A stretch of DNA of 62,080 nucleotides, filler included, from Squatina squatina (lineage: Eukaryota), in the NCBI GenBank assembly GCA_031763465.1. It is 3 parts of 3 records of this genome, joined end to end, with 100 filler letters (N's around TTAATTAATTAA, not from the genome) between each part and the next. Parts side by side here need not be neighbours in the genome. Positions count along the whole stretch, not along the records: positions 28,995 to 47,926 come from JARFOE010000233.1; positions 48,027 to 62,080 come from JARFOE010000176.1; 1 more part is not named here. One strand, given 5' to 3'. Below the pieces are notes generated by a model. That model made no database searches and was not told the DNA's origin. It was given only the letters and a program-made list of their open reading frames with translations. Each line of letters opens with the position of its first letter. Within the stretch, counting starts at the first letter, position 1. The translations under genes were made by a program, and so were the position numbers. This document shows positions 41,266 to 53,077 of this stretch, one piece after another.

Positions 41266-42046
41266 AACATAGGAACATAGGAACAGGAGTAGGCAATTTA
41301 GAACCTCGAGCCTGTTCCACCATTCAATGAGATCATGGCTAATCTGCAACCTAACTCCATATACCCGCCTTTGCTCCTTATCCTTTGATATCTTTAGTGA
41401 ACAAAAATCTATCAATCTCAGATTTAAAATTAACAATTGACCTCTCATCAATTGCCATTTGCGAAAGAGTGTTCCAAACTTCTACCATCCTTTACATGTA
41501 GAAGTGTTTCATAACTTCACTCCTGAAATGTCTGGCTCTCATTTTTAGACTATGTCCCGTCCCTAGTCCTAGATTCCCCAACCAGCAGAAATAGTTTCTC
41601 ATTATCTACACTATCAATTCCTCTTAATATTTTGAAAACTTTGATCAAATCACCACTTAACCTTCTAAATTCCAAGGACTACAACCCTAGTTTGTGTAAT
41701 CTCTCCTCATAATTTAACTCTTTGAGTCCAGATATTATTTTGGTAAATCTATGCTGCACTCCCTCCAAGGCCAATATATCCTTCCTAAGTTGTGGTGCTC
41801 AGAACTGAACACAGTACTCCAGGTGTGGTCCAACCGGGGCTTTGTATAGTTCTAACGTAACTTCTACCCCTTTGTATTTTAGTCTTCAAGATATAAAGGC
41901 AAGCATTCCATTAGCCTTTTTGATTATTTTCTGTACCTATCCATGACATTTTAATGATCTATGTACATGGACCCCCAAGTCTCTTTGGACCTCCCCTGTT
42001 TCTAGCTTTTCATCATTTAGAAAGTACTCTGATCTATCCTTTTTGG
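41266..42046 (-). mobile_element. CR1 LINE 3' end with (CTATGTTC)n tail
   Basis: The ggaacata repeats on the plus strand are the tail, followed by CR1 ORF2 C-terminal sequence. Confidence 0.88.
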
Positions 42047-42599
42047 AGAAAGAGGATGTTGAAGACAAGGCTGGACAGGAGTCCCAGGAACAAGATCTTG
42101 TCCCATGTTCCTCTGCCTTGACTCACTCAATCTCACGAATGATCTAATTGAATGGCTTAAGTAGCTGAATGGCCTACTCCTGTTCATATGTTCACCTGTT
42201 ATGGCACTCGCTTTGTTACTTCCAAACACTTGCTCAGATACATTCACCCAGTGACAATATGGCACCAGGAGGTCATGATCACTGATCATGAGAGAGCTGG
42301 AGAAGTAGGGTGGCAAATTGAAGATGAATGTAATGATGACAGCTGCACATGCCAGATTTGTTTCTCCCCCTCTCAAAGCACTACACTAGTGGCACGTAGG
42401 AAGTGATACCAAGCTGCCCAGGCATATGCTCAGAAATGCAGCCAGCAGTAGCAACCTCCAAGGAGCAAGCTGCCATGAGAGCAGGCTAATTTCAGTCTCA
42501 TGAACTTTTCATATAACAGGAGAAGCCAACCAACCTCGCTATACTGGTTGTCTGGTTGCACTTAGGAGAAGCATCAGAATAGGAAAAAGAAAGGGACAT

Positions 42600-43505
42600 T
42601 TAGACATCCAGCCTTCTCAACTTGTCCTGCCACCTTCAAAGATTTGTGTATGTACACCTCCAGATCTCTCTGTTCCAGCACCCACCTTAAAATTGTATCA
42701 TTTAGTTTATATTGCCTCTCCTCATTCTTCCTACCAAAATGTATCCCTTCATACTTTTCTGTGCTAAATTTCATCTGCCATGTGTCTGCCCATTTCACCA
42801 ATCTGTTTATGCCCTCCTGAAGTTTGTTACTATCCTCCTCATTGTTTCCTACATTTCCAAGTTTCATGTCATCTGCAAACTTTGAAATTATGCCCTGTAT
42901 ACCCAAGCCCAGGTAATTTATATATGTCAAAAGGAGCAGTGGTCCCAACAACAACCCCTGGGGTGGAACAACACAGCACACTTCTGGGTGGGCGTGTGTG
43001 CTGTGAGGAGGATGCAGAGAAACTCCAGTATGATTTGGACAGGTTGGGTGAGTGGGCAAANNNNNNNNNNNNNNNNNNNNNNNNNNNNNNNNNNNNNNNN
43101 NNNNNNNNNNNNNNNNNNNNNNNNNNNNNNNNNNNNNNNNNNNNNNNNNNNNNNNNNNNNTTATTTCCTTTTTCAGTTCTCCTCTGTACTTTCTGTATTC
43201 ACCTTAGTTCTCGACTATTATGAGCCTGACATTTATCATAAGCCTCCTTTTTCTGTTTCATTTTAATCTCTGGATCTTTAGTCATCCAGAGAGCTCTAGC
43301 TTTGGATGCTCTTCCTTTCCCTCTCGTGGGAATGTGTCTAGTCTGTACCTGAACTATGTATTGTTTGAAAGCCTCGCATTGCTCATTTACTGTTTTACCC
43401 ATCAATCTTTGATTCCAATCCACCTGGGCCAGATCCCCTTGCAGCTCACTGAAATGAGCCCTCCTCCAGTTGAGTATTTTCACGTTTGGCTGTTCCTTGT
43501 CCTTT
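42600..43505 (-). mobile_element. CR1 LINE fragments
   Basis: PQG.LLGPLL...ISKFADDMKLG and LNWRRA.F..L..DLA.VDW. Confidence 0.88.
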
Positions 43506-44505
43506 TNNNNNNNNNNCTATAAAACTATAATATTTTGACTTGGCATATGTCATTCCCGCAGTAACCTTGATCTATTCCTCACACAGCAGTAATCCCTAAA
43601 CAGTAAACAAACTTAAAAGTGTGAAACACACCAAGACATCTACATACACTTTCCAATGTGGTGTTAACCTAAAATGTCACACTAACATGGGAATTGACAT
43701 AAAAACTGACACTTTCACGTCAAAAGTATATTTCTTGGAGCAGTGGAAGAGTCACATGAGGTGAAAAGTATCAGAGCTCCCTTTTGTAATTTCTTGTATT
43801 CTCTTTGAGGGAGAATGATCATCCAGCTGAGTGAGACTAAAATGTTCTTTTATATAGTGCTCCACATGGAGGCCCCCAATTCTCTTTCTCTGGTCTTGCG
43901 TCAGTTATAATCATTCTGTACCAAGCAATGTCTGGAATCTCTTCCCTCCTTCGGGCAACTACTTTTGGCATGTGATCTCCGCATTCCTTTACTGCAGAAT
44001 TTTTCAAGCTCGGACTTGGTATCTTTTCATAAATCCAGGATTTGGCATTGGAACGCCAAGTGGTTTTCCTGCAACAGATTATTTCAGCTGACTTTGTATC
44101 ATGCACACTCTGCCACAGGCTAGAGAGGCATCCACAAGGAAGGCCAAAAAGCTCAAACTGTTCAAATTCCTTAATGCCAAGTTAGAAGTCGTCTTTCCTA
44201 ATCTAGTGACTGAAAACTAGTTAAGTAGGATGGAGAAGTGACAGCACCATAGTTCTGTGTTTATGCTTGGGCTTCGTGCTCTAACTGAATCAATATTTAC
44301 TTCAGCAAAGACGTTTTCATGTACTAAACCAGATTCCATTTTTTAAAAAGAGACAAGACAACTGTCCAGATCACGTTTCACTTGCCTAACAAGTGGAACA
44401 GTAGCNNNNNNNNNNNNNNNNNNNNNNNNNNNNNNNNNNNNNNNNNNNNNNNNNNNNNNNNNNNNNNNNNNNNNNNNNNNNNNNNNNNNNNNNNNNNNNN
44501 NNNNN

Positions 44506-45070
44506 TGGGACAGATCCCTTTTAAACTCACTGAATTTAGCCCTCCTCCAGTTAAGTATTTTTTTCCTTGATTGTTCCTTGTCCTTTTCCATAACTATTCT
44601 AAACCTGATGTTATGATCACTGTTCCCCAAATGCTCTCCCATTGAAACATGCTCCACTTGCCCCACTTCATTCCCCAGAACTCGATCCAGATCTGCTTCC
44701 TTCCTCGTTGGGCTGGAAACACACTAATCAAGAAAATTCTCCTGTACACATTTCAGGAATTTCTCCCCCTCTTTGCCTTTTACACTGTTACTATCTTAGT
44801 CTATATTAGTATGATTGAAGTCTCCCATTATCATTATTCTGTAGTTCTAGCATATTTATGTAATTGTCCTGCAAATCTGCTCCTCTATCTCCTTCCCACT
44901 ATTTAGTGGCCTATATTATAAATCAAGTAGCGTAATCGCTCCTCTATTGTTCCTTAATTCTAACCCAATAGATTCTGTCATTGACCCCTCACATACATCA
45001 TCTCAGCCCAGTGCTATAATAGTTTATTTGATCAGTACTGCTAAATCCCTCCTTTTTTCATTCCTTATAT
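44506..45070 (-). mobile_element. CR1 LINE endonuclease-region fragment
   Basis: GEHLGNSDHNIRF (the SDH motif of AP endonuclease). Confidence 0.85.
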
Positions 45071-45170
45071 NNNNNNNNNNNNNNNNNNNNNNNNNNNNNN
45101 NNNNNNNNNNNNNNNNNNNNNNNNNNNNNNNNNNNNNNNNNNNNNNNNNNNNNNNNNNNNNNNNNNNNNN

Positions 45171-46270
45171 CTTTTATAGTCATGTTTAGTGCATTTTATC
45201 ATTCAAGGATATTACTCAAAACAACAAAATGCCTGTCTCAACCGACAGCTGAGTATTTTAAAAATTATTTTTAAAGGTTTCTTAAATCTATGAAAGAAGT
45301 ACTTAAAAGGGAGAAAGTAATTTAGAAAGATACGGTTGCAATGCTGCAATTGTCCCTTTTTCTCTCAGGCACAGTCATGCACCCAGTTTGCTGCAACTCA
45401 ACTCTCCCAGCCTAATAGATCCAATGTGAAAGCCACCGAACTTTCAGAAACAAGTCACTCCAGTCCAAAAATGAAAGCAATCAGAAAAGCATCAATACCC
45501 TCACAGAACAGGGAAAATAAAAATCCATCAGAGCTACCTTGCCAAGGAGCATGTTTAAAATCCAAAATAGCACCATTCATCAGTGTCTCAAATCCCGTGG
45601 CAGCACCTCAATCACGTACCACAAGGAAACAATGCATTACATACTATTACAGTATTTCTATACATAAAATTTACATGGTTAAAATATGAGGTTACATAGG
45701 CAATTGAAGATTTCAGAGATACGTTATAAACTAACAAGCTTAATACATTAAAATAAAATGTAAGGGACTCTCAGCCTTTGTATTCTATTAGTTGACAATG
45801 AGAAAATGACATGTAAAAGAGGAAACTCTTTGGTTGTACACTTCCAATGGAATAATGGAAGACAATGTGTTGCATGGTATGATCAGGCCTAGAGGCCCAC
45901 CTGTATTGGTTGTAAACATTTTGTTCACAGTGTGTATATTTTAGTGTTTCCAGTTTAGTAAAACTGCTATTTGTTGTTTTGTGGTAATATTGTCCATGGT
46001 ACAAATCAGCCAGGTTCAGAGTCCCCTCAATTTGTTTTATCTAAGTATAAAAAAAACACAAACAAACTCTGAAACTGTGCCACTTCATCAAAACCAATAC
46101 ACCAAGTCAATACACATGGAAGAATAATGATTGAATATAGAGGGACTCCATTTTCTTTCGGCAAAACATGAATCTGCCTCCATTGAAGGAGTCAGGACCA
46201 AGGCTTTGGTCTTATTTTCCCCTTCTTGAAGCCAGTTTTTTTTCTTCTGGTGGGAGATATGAAGCATTCC
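45171..46270 (-). other. NREP: NREP (P311)/libra-like terminal exon and 3' UTR
   Basis: Minus strand, distal to STARD4, as at human 5q22. Contains the diagnostic miR-29 site. Candidate acceptor ttttcattaaag| at 46271. Several blocks (e.g. GTTTACAACC..TACAGGTGGGCCT) resemble my recollection of the mammalian NREP 3' UTR. Confidence 0.75.
45568..45587 (-). promoter_or_regulatory. Extensive miR-29b complementary site (candidate TDMD trigger)
   Basis: RNA 5'-GACACUGAUGAAUGGUGCUA-3' pairs with miR-29b-3p UAGCACCAUUUGAAAUCAGUGUU at nt 1-11 (G:U at 11), leaves a 3-nt bulge, then pairs nt 15-23 (terminal G:U). Confidence 0.88.
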
Positions 46271-47926
46271 CTTTAATGAAAACAATATTAAATTAAGCTC
46301 AAACTGTTTANNNNNNNNNNNNNNNNNNNNNNNNNNNNNNNNNNNNNNNNNNNNNNNNNNNNNNNNNNNNNNNNNNNNNNNNNNNNNNNNNNNNNNNNNN
46401 NNNNNNNNNNAGCCATCACTAGGGTATGAATACTTGATGTGACAGTTAAAGCAAGGAGTAAAACGACGCTTCAAAAGGATGCCTTGAATGTGCCAGTAGA
46501 GGTTGCATCTATAGTAGGTTCTCCTTGTTTGAACTATGCTGAGAAGAGGTAGGTCCCATGGCTTGGGGAATTGTCACAGAAAGAGGGAGAAGTGAATTAT
46601 CTTTTTACTTTTTATTTTCCACAGAATTTTTAAAATTTCAATGATAGCGTTCTGACAGCAACTGCATAGGTCTCTCTTCTCTTCATGGTCCTAGGGCCTC
46701 TGCTGGACACTGGGGTCTAACAGCATTCCTGCAGCATTTTGCTCATTTTTATATGGGTGGGTGTATTGTTCTCTGACAGAACCAGCTCCCGGTAAACAGA
46801 GAGGAGGCACATCCCCAAGTAGCTGTCTGCCTCCAACTGCCCCAGAACAGCTGAAAAATCATTGTAGGGATGTGAGGTGGAAAGCCTCGGCCAGTAATTT
46901 CATTTTGGAGTTTCTGGGAAGGTCAGAAACTGCTCAAACTTCACTCTCAGTTTCAAGTAATCTGAATTTCCTAGGTGAATTACTGCCTTATCGTACTCTT
47001 CCTAACACCCAATATTATACAACTTTTTACATTTTTTTGGTTACTTCTTTACCCAAAGAACTTTGAGATATGGGTTTAAACTATGCCAAAAGTGGAAAAT
47101 CTTGGCTCTAGTCTCTGGTAATGTTGATTTAATAAAGACAGTGAAATATGTTGGGAGGGAGAGAAACAAGCTGTATATAAAATGGGAAACAATTTCCTGG
47201 AACTGGTTTCCAAATATTTCATGCTTTTCTAAAAATGCACTTGAAAACATTCATACACCAGAACTGTTCCATTCCTTTTCAACCTCTGTCCTTTGACCAT
47301 CTCATGAGAACACCTGAATGAAAAGTAACGCCTGCATGCAAAGTAACAAAGAGCACAGTGAAAATGTGCCTAATTCGATAATCATCTGATTCTACGAAAA
47401 AGGTGGCTCAGGTTTGAAGCTAATTTATGACTCTGAATAATCAATTGATGTTGTGAGGGGCAGGCTAAAATCTGGGCTAACATCCAAAAAGGCATTGTAC
47501 TGTGCAGTTCCTTCCAGCTGCAAAAACATTTTTTTCTTGGACGCTTTCCATCGTAAAAAAGGGTTTAAAATCCCACATGGTCAGAGATTGATTCCTCTGA
47601 AGGAGAGGAAGTACAGCTTGTTAGTGGTACAGTGCTACTTTTCAGTACTAGAAAGACAAAGATCAGTTTGTTTAGGGAGGAGCATTGCCCTCAACAGCAG
47701 ACATGTCACATATGGAACAGTCAGAGTTTTATTGAATTTACTGTGACCCTTTGCGTCATAGCACAGCACATGAAGAACACAAGTGTGTCACATTATACAG
47801 GTTCTAAATAGCTGTACGAATGAGTTTTTAATAATCTTAGTTTTATTTTTGGTGAACAGTATGCTAATTAAAGGTCACTGAACAGATGCAAAATAAAATT
47901 CCCTCTACTCTGCCCCAAAAAGTGAG

Positions 47927-48026
47927 NNNNNNNNNNNNNNNNNNNNNNNNNNNNNNNNNNNNNNNNNNNNTTAATTAATTAANNNNNNNNNNNNNNNNNN
48001 NNNNNNNNNNNNNNNNNNNNNNNNNN
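47927..48026. other. Artificial scaffold-joining linker (44N-TTAATTAATTAA-44N)
   Basis: Motif at 47971-47982, same design as the first linker. Confidence 0.97.
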
Positions 48027-48625
48027 TGTGACCATTTGAAAGGCTCCTGGTTCACCTCATCTTCAGCAGCCTGTCACATGAGGTTTGACGAAAGATTCAA
48101 GCTTCTCTCACACACCTCACCTTGAATGGCCTCTCACCTCAGTCGGCCTGCTGTTGTTTCAGAAGCTTCTGAGGGACTTCTCCCCAGGCCTCGGCTGAAC
48201 AATCACCCACAGACGACAATGGAACACTCAACACTGGTGATCAGTTTCACTTCTGACAATGTGTCAGAGATCTCTGGACTGGTTGGATTACTGGAGACGG
48301 TTTCACTGTGGAGTTGTCCCTTGTCTGTAGATCTGTGTTGTCTATTCTCTCTCTGTGCTCTGGTTTAATATGGTGCGATACTCCTGTAAAACAATAAAGT
48401 CATTTGTGATTTTTCCTCCAATATTCTCCTGTCTCTGAAGGTGCTGCCCCCTCACTGGGAGACTGGTCCACAGGGAGGGTCAGCAGGCTATTGAACTCAG
48501 AGACCAGTGCAGTGTTGCCTTCACCAGACTGGTNNNNNNNNNNTCCAGCACCAATCAATCGATAGTGATCAGAAGCTAATAGTGATCAGGAGGTGATAGT
48601 GATCAATAACAATTTCTTGCATTAT

Positions 48626-49255
48626 TATAGCGCCTTTAACATACTAAAACGTCCCAAGGTGCTTCGCGGCGTAATCAGACAAAAATTGACAACGAGCTGC
48701 GTAAGAAGATATTCGGACAGGTGACCAAAAGCTTGGACAAAGAGGTAGGTTTTAAGGAGCATCCTAAAGGAGGAGAGAGGTAGAGAGGCGGAGAGGTTTA
48801 GGGAGAGTATTCCAGAGCCTAGGCTCCAGGCAACAGAAGGCACGGCCGCCAAGGGTGGAGCGATTAAAATCGAGGGTGCTCAAGAGGCCAGAATTCGAGA
48901 AGTGCAGAGATCTCGAAGGGTTGTAGGGTCGGATGGGGTTACAGAGATAGGGAGGGGCGAGGCCATGGAGGGATTTGAAGACAAAGATGAGAATTTTTAA
49001 ATCGAGGCGTTGACGGACCGGGAGCCGATGTAGGTCAGCGAGAACAGGGGTGACGGGTGAGCGGGATTTAGTGCGAGTTAGGATACGGGCAGCAGAGTGT
49101 TGGTTGAGCTCAAGTTTACAGAGGGCGCAAGGTGGGAGACCGGCCAGGAGAGCAGTGGAGTAGTCGAGTCTGGAGGTAATAAAGGCTTGGATGAGTGTTT
49201 CAGCAGCAGATAAGCAGAGGCGGGGCAGAGACGTGTGATGTTATGGAGGTGTAAG
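48626..49255 (-). mobile_element. L2 LINE 3' part, well preserved
   Basis: Starts with the reverse of the L2 3' end (tatagcgcctttaac..taaaacgtcccaagg); LLKTYLF.QAF on the minus strand. Confidence 0.85.
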
Positions 49256-49344
49256 TATTATTATTATTCGGATTCAGATCTGAAAACCACAACTTTTTGC
49301 AAGCATGTGGAATCATTAATATACTTTTCTAGATTGGTATTTAC

Positions 49345-49488
49345 CTGAATCCCCAGTTCAAGGGAATATCATCATTGAACAGAACATCAGTCAGACTCCC
49401 TTTAGGGCAGTACTCAATAACTATGGTAACGTTTGGCACCTCAATGGATCCACCAATAAACTTGCATAGATTTGGGTGATCGAGTTCC
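49345..49488 (-). CDS. Kinase-homology-domain exon of a receptor guanylyl cyclase-like protein
   Basis: cag|G ELDHPNLCKFIGGSIEVPNVTIVIEYCPKGSLTDVLFNDDIPLNWGF(R)|gtaaat; compare NPR1 [39 protein letters not shown]. Confidence 0.88.
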
Positions 49489-49605
49489 CTGGAATGAGCA
49501 GAGAAGCAATCGGCAAATAAAACCCCGTAAATAGCATTAACTCACACGACAAAGTAGAGCTATGCATGAAATATAGCATGAAACATCTATACATCAGTGA
49601 TTTAC

Positions 49606-49701
49606 AGTGACTGAATAAGATCAATTTCATCTTTATTGTATACGGTTCTGGGATTTTTGCCAGTGTTTTGGAAATCACATTCCACGATTCCATCCTTTTT
49701 C
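49606..49701 (-). CDS. Possible preceding exon of the same receptor
   Basis: ttttcatag|G KKDGIVECDFQNTGKNPRTVYNKDEIDLIQS CT|gtaaat. Phase 2-2 is compatible with the next exon, but there is no recognisable VAxK motif. Confidence 0.3.
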
Positions 49702-50086
49702 CTATGAAAACTGAAAACCGAAAACCAGCGACCTTGAATGTAACTCTTTTTATATTCTCCTCACTAATATATCTTTTTCCTGGGTGATGGATAAATGGAA
49801 CTATTAATTATTTGTCATGCAGACAAAGACTGAATATGCGACCAATTGTGCCTTATGCTTAAATGCATAACCCATCACCCTAACAATATTTAAAAAGAGA
49901 ACATCTGNNNNNNNNNNNNNNNNNNNNNNNNNNNNNNNNNNNNNNNNNNNNNNNNNNNNNNNNNNNNNNNNNNNNNNNNNNNNNNNNNNNNNNNNNNNNN
50001 NNNNNNNCTGAAGATTTGGTCCTCGTCGCCAAGGTCCATTCGATTAAAGAGATAAACTGAAATGGATCAGGATTATCACTACATAC

Positions 50087-50232
50087 CACCAGAGTGAGTA
50101 TAAAGCCACTACAGAACAGGGCAATTGGAAGTCCAATTGAAACTTTGATCCCAAAAGACATGGGACATGCTCCACAGTCGGCAGGGCAGGTATCACATCG
50201 CTCGTCCCCATCACAGACACCATCATCACAAA
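50087..50232 (-). CDS. Cys-rich juxtamembrane plus transmembrane exon of an orphan receptor
   Basis: tag|TT CDDGVCDGDERCDTCPADCGACPMSFGIKVSIGLPIALFCSGFILTLV|gtatgt. Confidence 0.82.
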
Positions 50233-50529
50233 CTAAGACAACACAAGTTTAAAAGAAAACATGTCTTATTGTACAGTATAGCATTTGGAAGAATTCACCT
50301 TCTATTTAATGCTCTTAGTAGGTAGCGACAATGTAGCAACGTGAAGGTGCCACTGAAAGCAGGAGCTGAATTAACATTTTTATTTTCTATATATAATATA
50401 TTCAACATAATATTAAAATACTAGCACATCTCCGATGGCGTTGCTTACAGTGAGTCAGAAGTTCTGCCAAAGTGTGACAGGAAGGAAGTGTGAGGCTTAC
50501 AGGAAGTGTATGCTACAGGTAAGACTTTA

Positions 50530-51123
50530 GGGCGCAAACTTCAGCTCCTGTTGTGCCCCATTAGTGCCTCCGAAATGGCGGCGGGAGGCGGCCACCTCGC
50601 CTCCCGGGGAATTCAGCTGGGGCGCAACGGTGTTTGCGCCTGGCCTGGCAAATTCCATAGCGGGTCGGCGCGTGATGTCATAAAGACGCGCACCAACCCG
50701 CACTGCGCAGCCGCAACCCCCTTTACACTCCGCTTGCGTCCAGCGGGCGGAATTCACCCAAGGGACGTGGCCGCAGCACCGGGCAGTTGCATCATCGGTA
50801 AAACCTGTTGCTGCAACGCCCCTCTTAAAGGAGAGGCCCTGCGCGCCAGCAGCCGCCATCTTTATGTGTTGGCCGACTCTCACGTCGGTCGACAATACTG
50901 TTATATTTAATGATGGCGGCCCATGGCCCCGGTCACTGGTGGCCCGGTGGAGTGCCGCGTGGCGCCATCAGGGTGGCTGGCGGTTCTCCCCTTGACGGGA
51001 GGACTGGCCGCGCTCCTGACGGCAGCGCGCTGCATCTGAGGTCAGGACGCAACGGCGCTGACGCGGCGCACTGACGCCAGGCCAGCGATGTTCCCGGCCG
51101 GCCACCCCAGTTTCACCCATCAG
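50530..51123. mobile_element. GC-rich non-autonomous DNA transposon, same family as 2300-2941
   Basis: TTA then GGGCGCAAACTTCAGC terminus; reverse-complement similarity to 2300-2941. Confidence 0.72.
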
Positions 51124-52760
51124 NNNNNNNNNNNNNNNNNNNNNNNNNNNNNNNNNNNNNNNNNNNNNNNNNNNNNNNNNNNNNNNNNNNNNNNNNNNNN
51201 NNNNNNNNNNNNNNNNNNNNNNNGGAGAAATTTCTTCACCCAGAGAGTGGTGAACTTGTGGAATTCTCTACCACAGAAGGCAGTTGAGGCCAAATCATTA
51301 CATATATTCGTCTTAAATATATGTCGTCTTTTGGATGAGACATTAAACTGAGGCCCCATCTGCCTGCTCAGATGGACATAAAAGGCGTATGGGGAGACCC
51401 CCGGGGTGGGATTAGTTTGGGATTGATGCAGGGCAATGGGGAGAGAGTGGGGTGGGATTAGTTTGGGATTGATACAGTGCTATGGGGAGAGAGCGGGACA
51501 GTGGGATTAGTTTGGGATTGATACAGTGCTATGGAGAGAGAGCAGGGCAGTGGGATCATTTTCGGATTGCTCCAACAAGGAGCCAGCACAGACACAATGG
51601 GCCAAATGGTCTACTTCTGTCTTATAAACCTCCTTGGCTCCATTCCATATATTATTTTTTGTTGACAACAGAATAATGTCTTTTTTTTTTGAATGGAGTA
51701 GAATTGTGTTTGGTAATGAGTGAAAAAATACGTCAGGTTCAAGCCTGAACTGACTGCAAAAAGATTAAAAATACAACAATTAATTTTGTACAAGGGAATA
51801 AGATAAAAATGATTAATTACATACACATTGCCATATGCAGTATATAAAAAAAAAACAAAGCCTGCAATTTTTGCTTTTGCATAAAAGAGCTTATCTGCTT
51901 TTTGTGTGATTAAGCATGGTAGAACATCCCATAAATGTTTGCACTCGATATGTGTGGCCCCGTTTGTTGCTTGGAAACCACCATTTTGCACAGAGTTCCA
52001 GCGGCGGCACACAATTTTTTTCTTTAATTTGTTCTTGGGGTGTGGGCATCGCTGGTCGGCCAGCATCTACTGTAAATCCCTGGTTGCCCTTGAGAAGGTG
52101 GTGCTGGGCCGTCTTCTTGAATCGCTGCAGTCCGTGCGGCGATGTTGCTCCCTCAGTTAGGTAGGGAAATGCAGGATTTTGAGCCAGAAAGGGGCTCTGC
52201 GTAGATCTCAGTGATAACTTTACAACACCTTCCTTGTCCCGTGTCCCACACACTTACGTTGGAGACCGAGGATGCATAAGATCAGTTTCAAGTGTAGTCA
52301 AATGCAGTGTACATCTGAGAAGCTTTACAGGCCGAATCCAGGTCAAGACTAGTAAGATGTAACCTCTTCACAACAGTACTTCTGACCACATGATACCCAT
52401 GTGATAAAAGCCACAACCATGTGTGCAATTTGTACCACACTAGTGCTAAGAAATGTTCAACACCATACTTTAAAAAAAAAAAAATTCCTTTTTAGAAAAA
52501 AAGTGGGCTCACTTCTGAAGAAGCAGAACAGGCCCCTAATGCTATCAGCAACATGATCAATTCCCCACCCTTAGCTATGGTATCACTACGATTGCAAACC
52601 AGTGTATTACACCAGTCAGTGAAAATCTTGTGGAATTTTATCCGTCCTTTGTGTGAATCAAGAAACTCAAGGACCTTGGTGGTGCTCTCCAAGGCACGAG
52701 AAGCTCCGTGACAGTCTTACAAACCTTGCCGTGAATTGGTTTGTCAACTCACTGGGTTCT

Positions 52761-53077
52761 TCAGGATACTGTTTGCGTCCGATAGTGATCAGTGCTCAAG
52801 GTGCCATTTTCAGAGACGACACTTTGCCGGTGTGAGGTGGATTTCAGAACGTCATGCTCCATTTCAATCCTGTGCCTAAAGCTGTGGCAGAACGTATGCT
52901 TTATACTCTGCCATATTTCACGATCCTTGTAGGAGTAAATGATGGGATTCATCAGAGAATTGGTCAAAGCCAGCAGAAGGACCCATATTTTTACGGACCG
53001 CACATTACAGCTGGTACAGTGAATGCCATCCAGAAGGACCACCACCAGCCCTGGAGTCCAGCAAAAAATAAAAGCAC
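52761..53077 (-). CDS. LPAR3-like lysophosphatidic acid receptor, last coding exon (TM6-TM7 and tail)
   Basis: cag|(G)AFIFCWTPGLVVVLLDGIHCTSCNVRSVKIWVLLLALTNSLMNPIIYSYKD...; the mid-TM6 intron is typical of LPAR1-3. Confidence 0.9.

Noticed and set aside
45336-45689. 117-aa plus-strand ORF with a good-looking acceptor
   Set aside because: It lies antisense to the NREP/libra-like 3' UTR containing the miR-29 site; no recognisable protein.
48248-48384. Possible terminal exon on the minus strand (VSHHIKPEHRE...CQK*)
   Set aside because: Its phase does not join the kinase-homology exon and the peptide is unrecognisable.
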